Shown: positions 62,881-64,000 of the stretch, piece after piece
Layout: each line of letters starts with the position of its first letter
Numbering within the stretch: position 1 is the first letter of the stretch
From: Mobula hypostoma
Taxonomy: Eukaryota
Direction: 5' to 3'
Length of the DNA: 64,000 nucleotides
Assembly: GCF_963921235.1 (NCBI RefSeq)
Contig: NC_086097.1
Coordinates: 234,548,001-234,612,000, forward strand
Notes under the pieces: generated by a model
Told to the model about the DNA's origin: nothing
The model's database searches: none
The model's input: the letters and a program-made list of their open reading frames with translations, nothing else
Translations under genes and position numbers: made by a program

Positions 62881-63319
62881 TGTGTTGTGTGGGACATCTG
62901 GAGGAACATTGTTTAATGGCATTAAGCTAATTTGAACTTGAGACATTGCCAGCTGTCACCAATCCCATCATTCCATTCCCCATATATCTCCCTATAACCT
63001 ATTCCTTCTTACATGGCCAACATCTCCACTCTGAATCTGCTCCCACACACCTACTCTAGAGGTAATTTAAAGGCAGATAATCTTCCAACCAGCATGTCTT
63101 TGGGATGTGTGAAGAAAGAAACACATAGAGCCTCACTGACAAAAGCGGTAAAATGGTAAATTGGTTTGTTTATCACAAACAAAAGAAAATCTGCAGATGC
63201 TGGAAAGCCAAGCAACACAACACTCCACGTTGGTTCAGGAGCCTAATGGTTGTTGCATAATAACAGCTCCTGAACCTGGGAACTTTTGCCATTTTAACTA
63301 AAGGAATTGTTTTTTTTCT

Positions 63320-64000
63320 AAGCAATACACACAAATGCTGGAGGAACTCAGCAGGCCAGGCAGCATCTATGGAAAAGAGTACAGTTGATATTTTGGGCTG
63401 TGACCTTTCGGCAGGACTGGAGAAAAAAGACGAGAAGTCAGAGTAAGAAGGGGAGGAGGGGAGGAAGAAATACAAGGTAGTCTGTGGTAGCTGAAACCGG
63501 GTGAGGGGGATGGGTGAAGTAAAGAGCTGGGAGGTCGATTGGTGAAAGCAATAAAGGGCTATAGATGGGGAAATCTAGTAGGAGAGGACAGTAAGACATG
63601 GAAGAAAGAGAAGGGGAGGAGCCACTAAGGGAGGAGTTGGAGAGATAAGGAGATAAGTTGAGAGACAGAACTGGGAATGAGGAATGGTGAACAGAAGGGG
63701 GGAGGGAGGGGGGGTGGAGAATGGCTATTACCGGAAGTTCGAGAAATCAATGTTCATGTCATCAGGTTGGAGGCTACCCGGACGGATTATGAGGTGTTGC
63801 TCCTCCAGCCAACCTGAGTGTGGCCTCATCGCTGCAGTAAAGGAGGCCATGGACTTACATGCTGGAATGGGAATGGGAAGTAGAATTAAAATGGGTGGCC
63901 ACTGGGAGATCCCACTTTTTCTGGCGGATGCAGTGTAGGTGGTCCGCAAATCAGTTTCCCGATCTTTATTGTGTCTCATCGACATACAGGAGGCCACACT
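63320..64000 (-). mobile_element. Penelope-like element 3' part (runs off the window)
   Basis: ORF 63728-63997 ends LEEQHLIIRPGSLQPDDMNIDFSNFR, homologous to 54709-55053; decayed hammerhead at about 63380-63420. Confidence 0.85.

Overview
Eukaryotic (vertebrate) non-genic DNA made up mostly of retrotransposons. The repeat families (CR1 with esterase ORF1, Rex1/Babar-like LINEs, HE1/V-SINE-like SINEs, Penelope elements with minimal hammerheads) suggest a cartilaginous fish, probably a ray; this is an inference. No host protein-coding exon, rRNA, true tRNA gene or CRISPR array is supported. Main structures: (1) a complete but decayed BEL/Pao LTR retrotransposon (1983-11243; both LTRs, 5-bp TSD GAACT) carrying an RTE LINE and a CR1 LINE, each with its own TSD; (2) two full-length CR1 copies (17864-22293, 43293-47498) and one near-complete CR1 ORF2 (22830-25863), all with TSDs and disabling mutations; (3) two solo LTRs inside older CR1 fragments; (4) Penelope-like GIY-YIG 3' ends, one with a recognisable minimal hammerhead ribozyme, plus short palindromic derivatives; (5) several short non-autonomous elements, including a tRNA-derived SINE whose 3' tail matches the RTE LINE in this window and non-coding RTE-like elements with possible HDV-like ribozyme remnants. 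I found no clearly new biological system. The best leads are the SINE/LINE tail partnerships and the ribozyme-bearing non-autonomous elements. Family names come from motif recognition, not database searches. Boundaries without a TSD are approximate.
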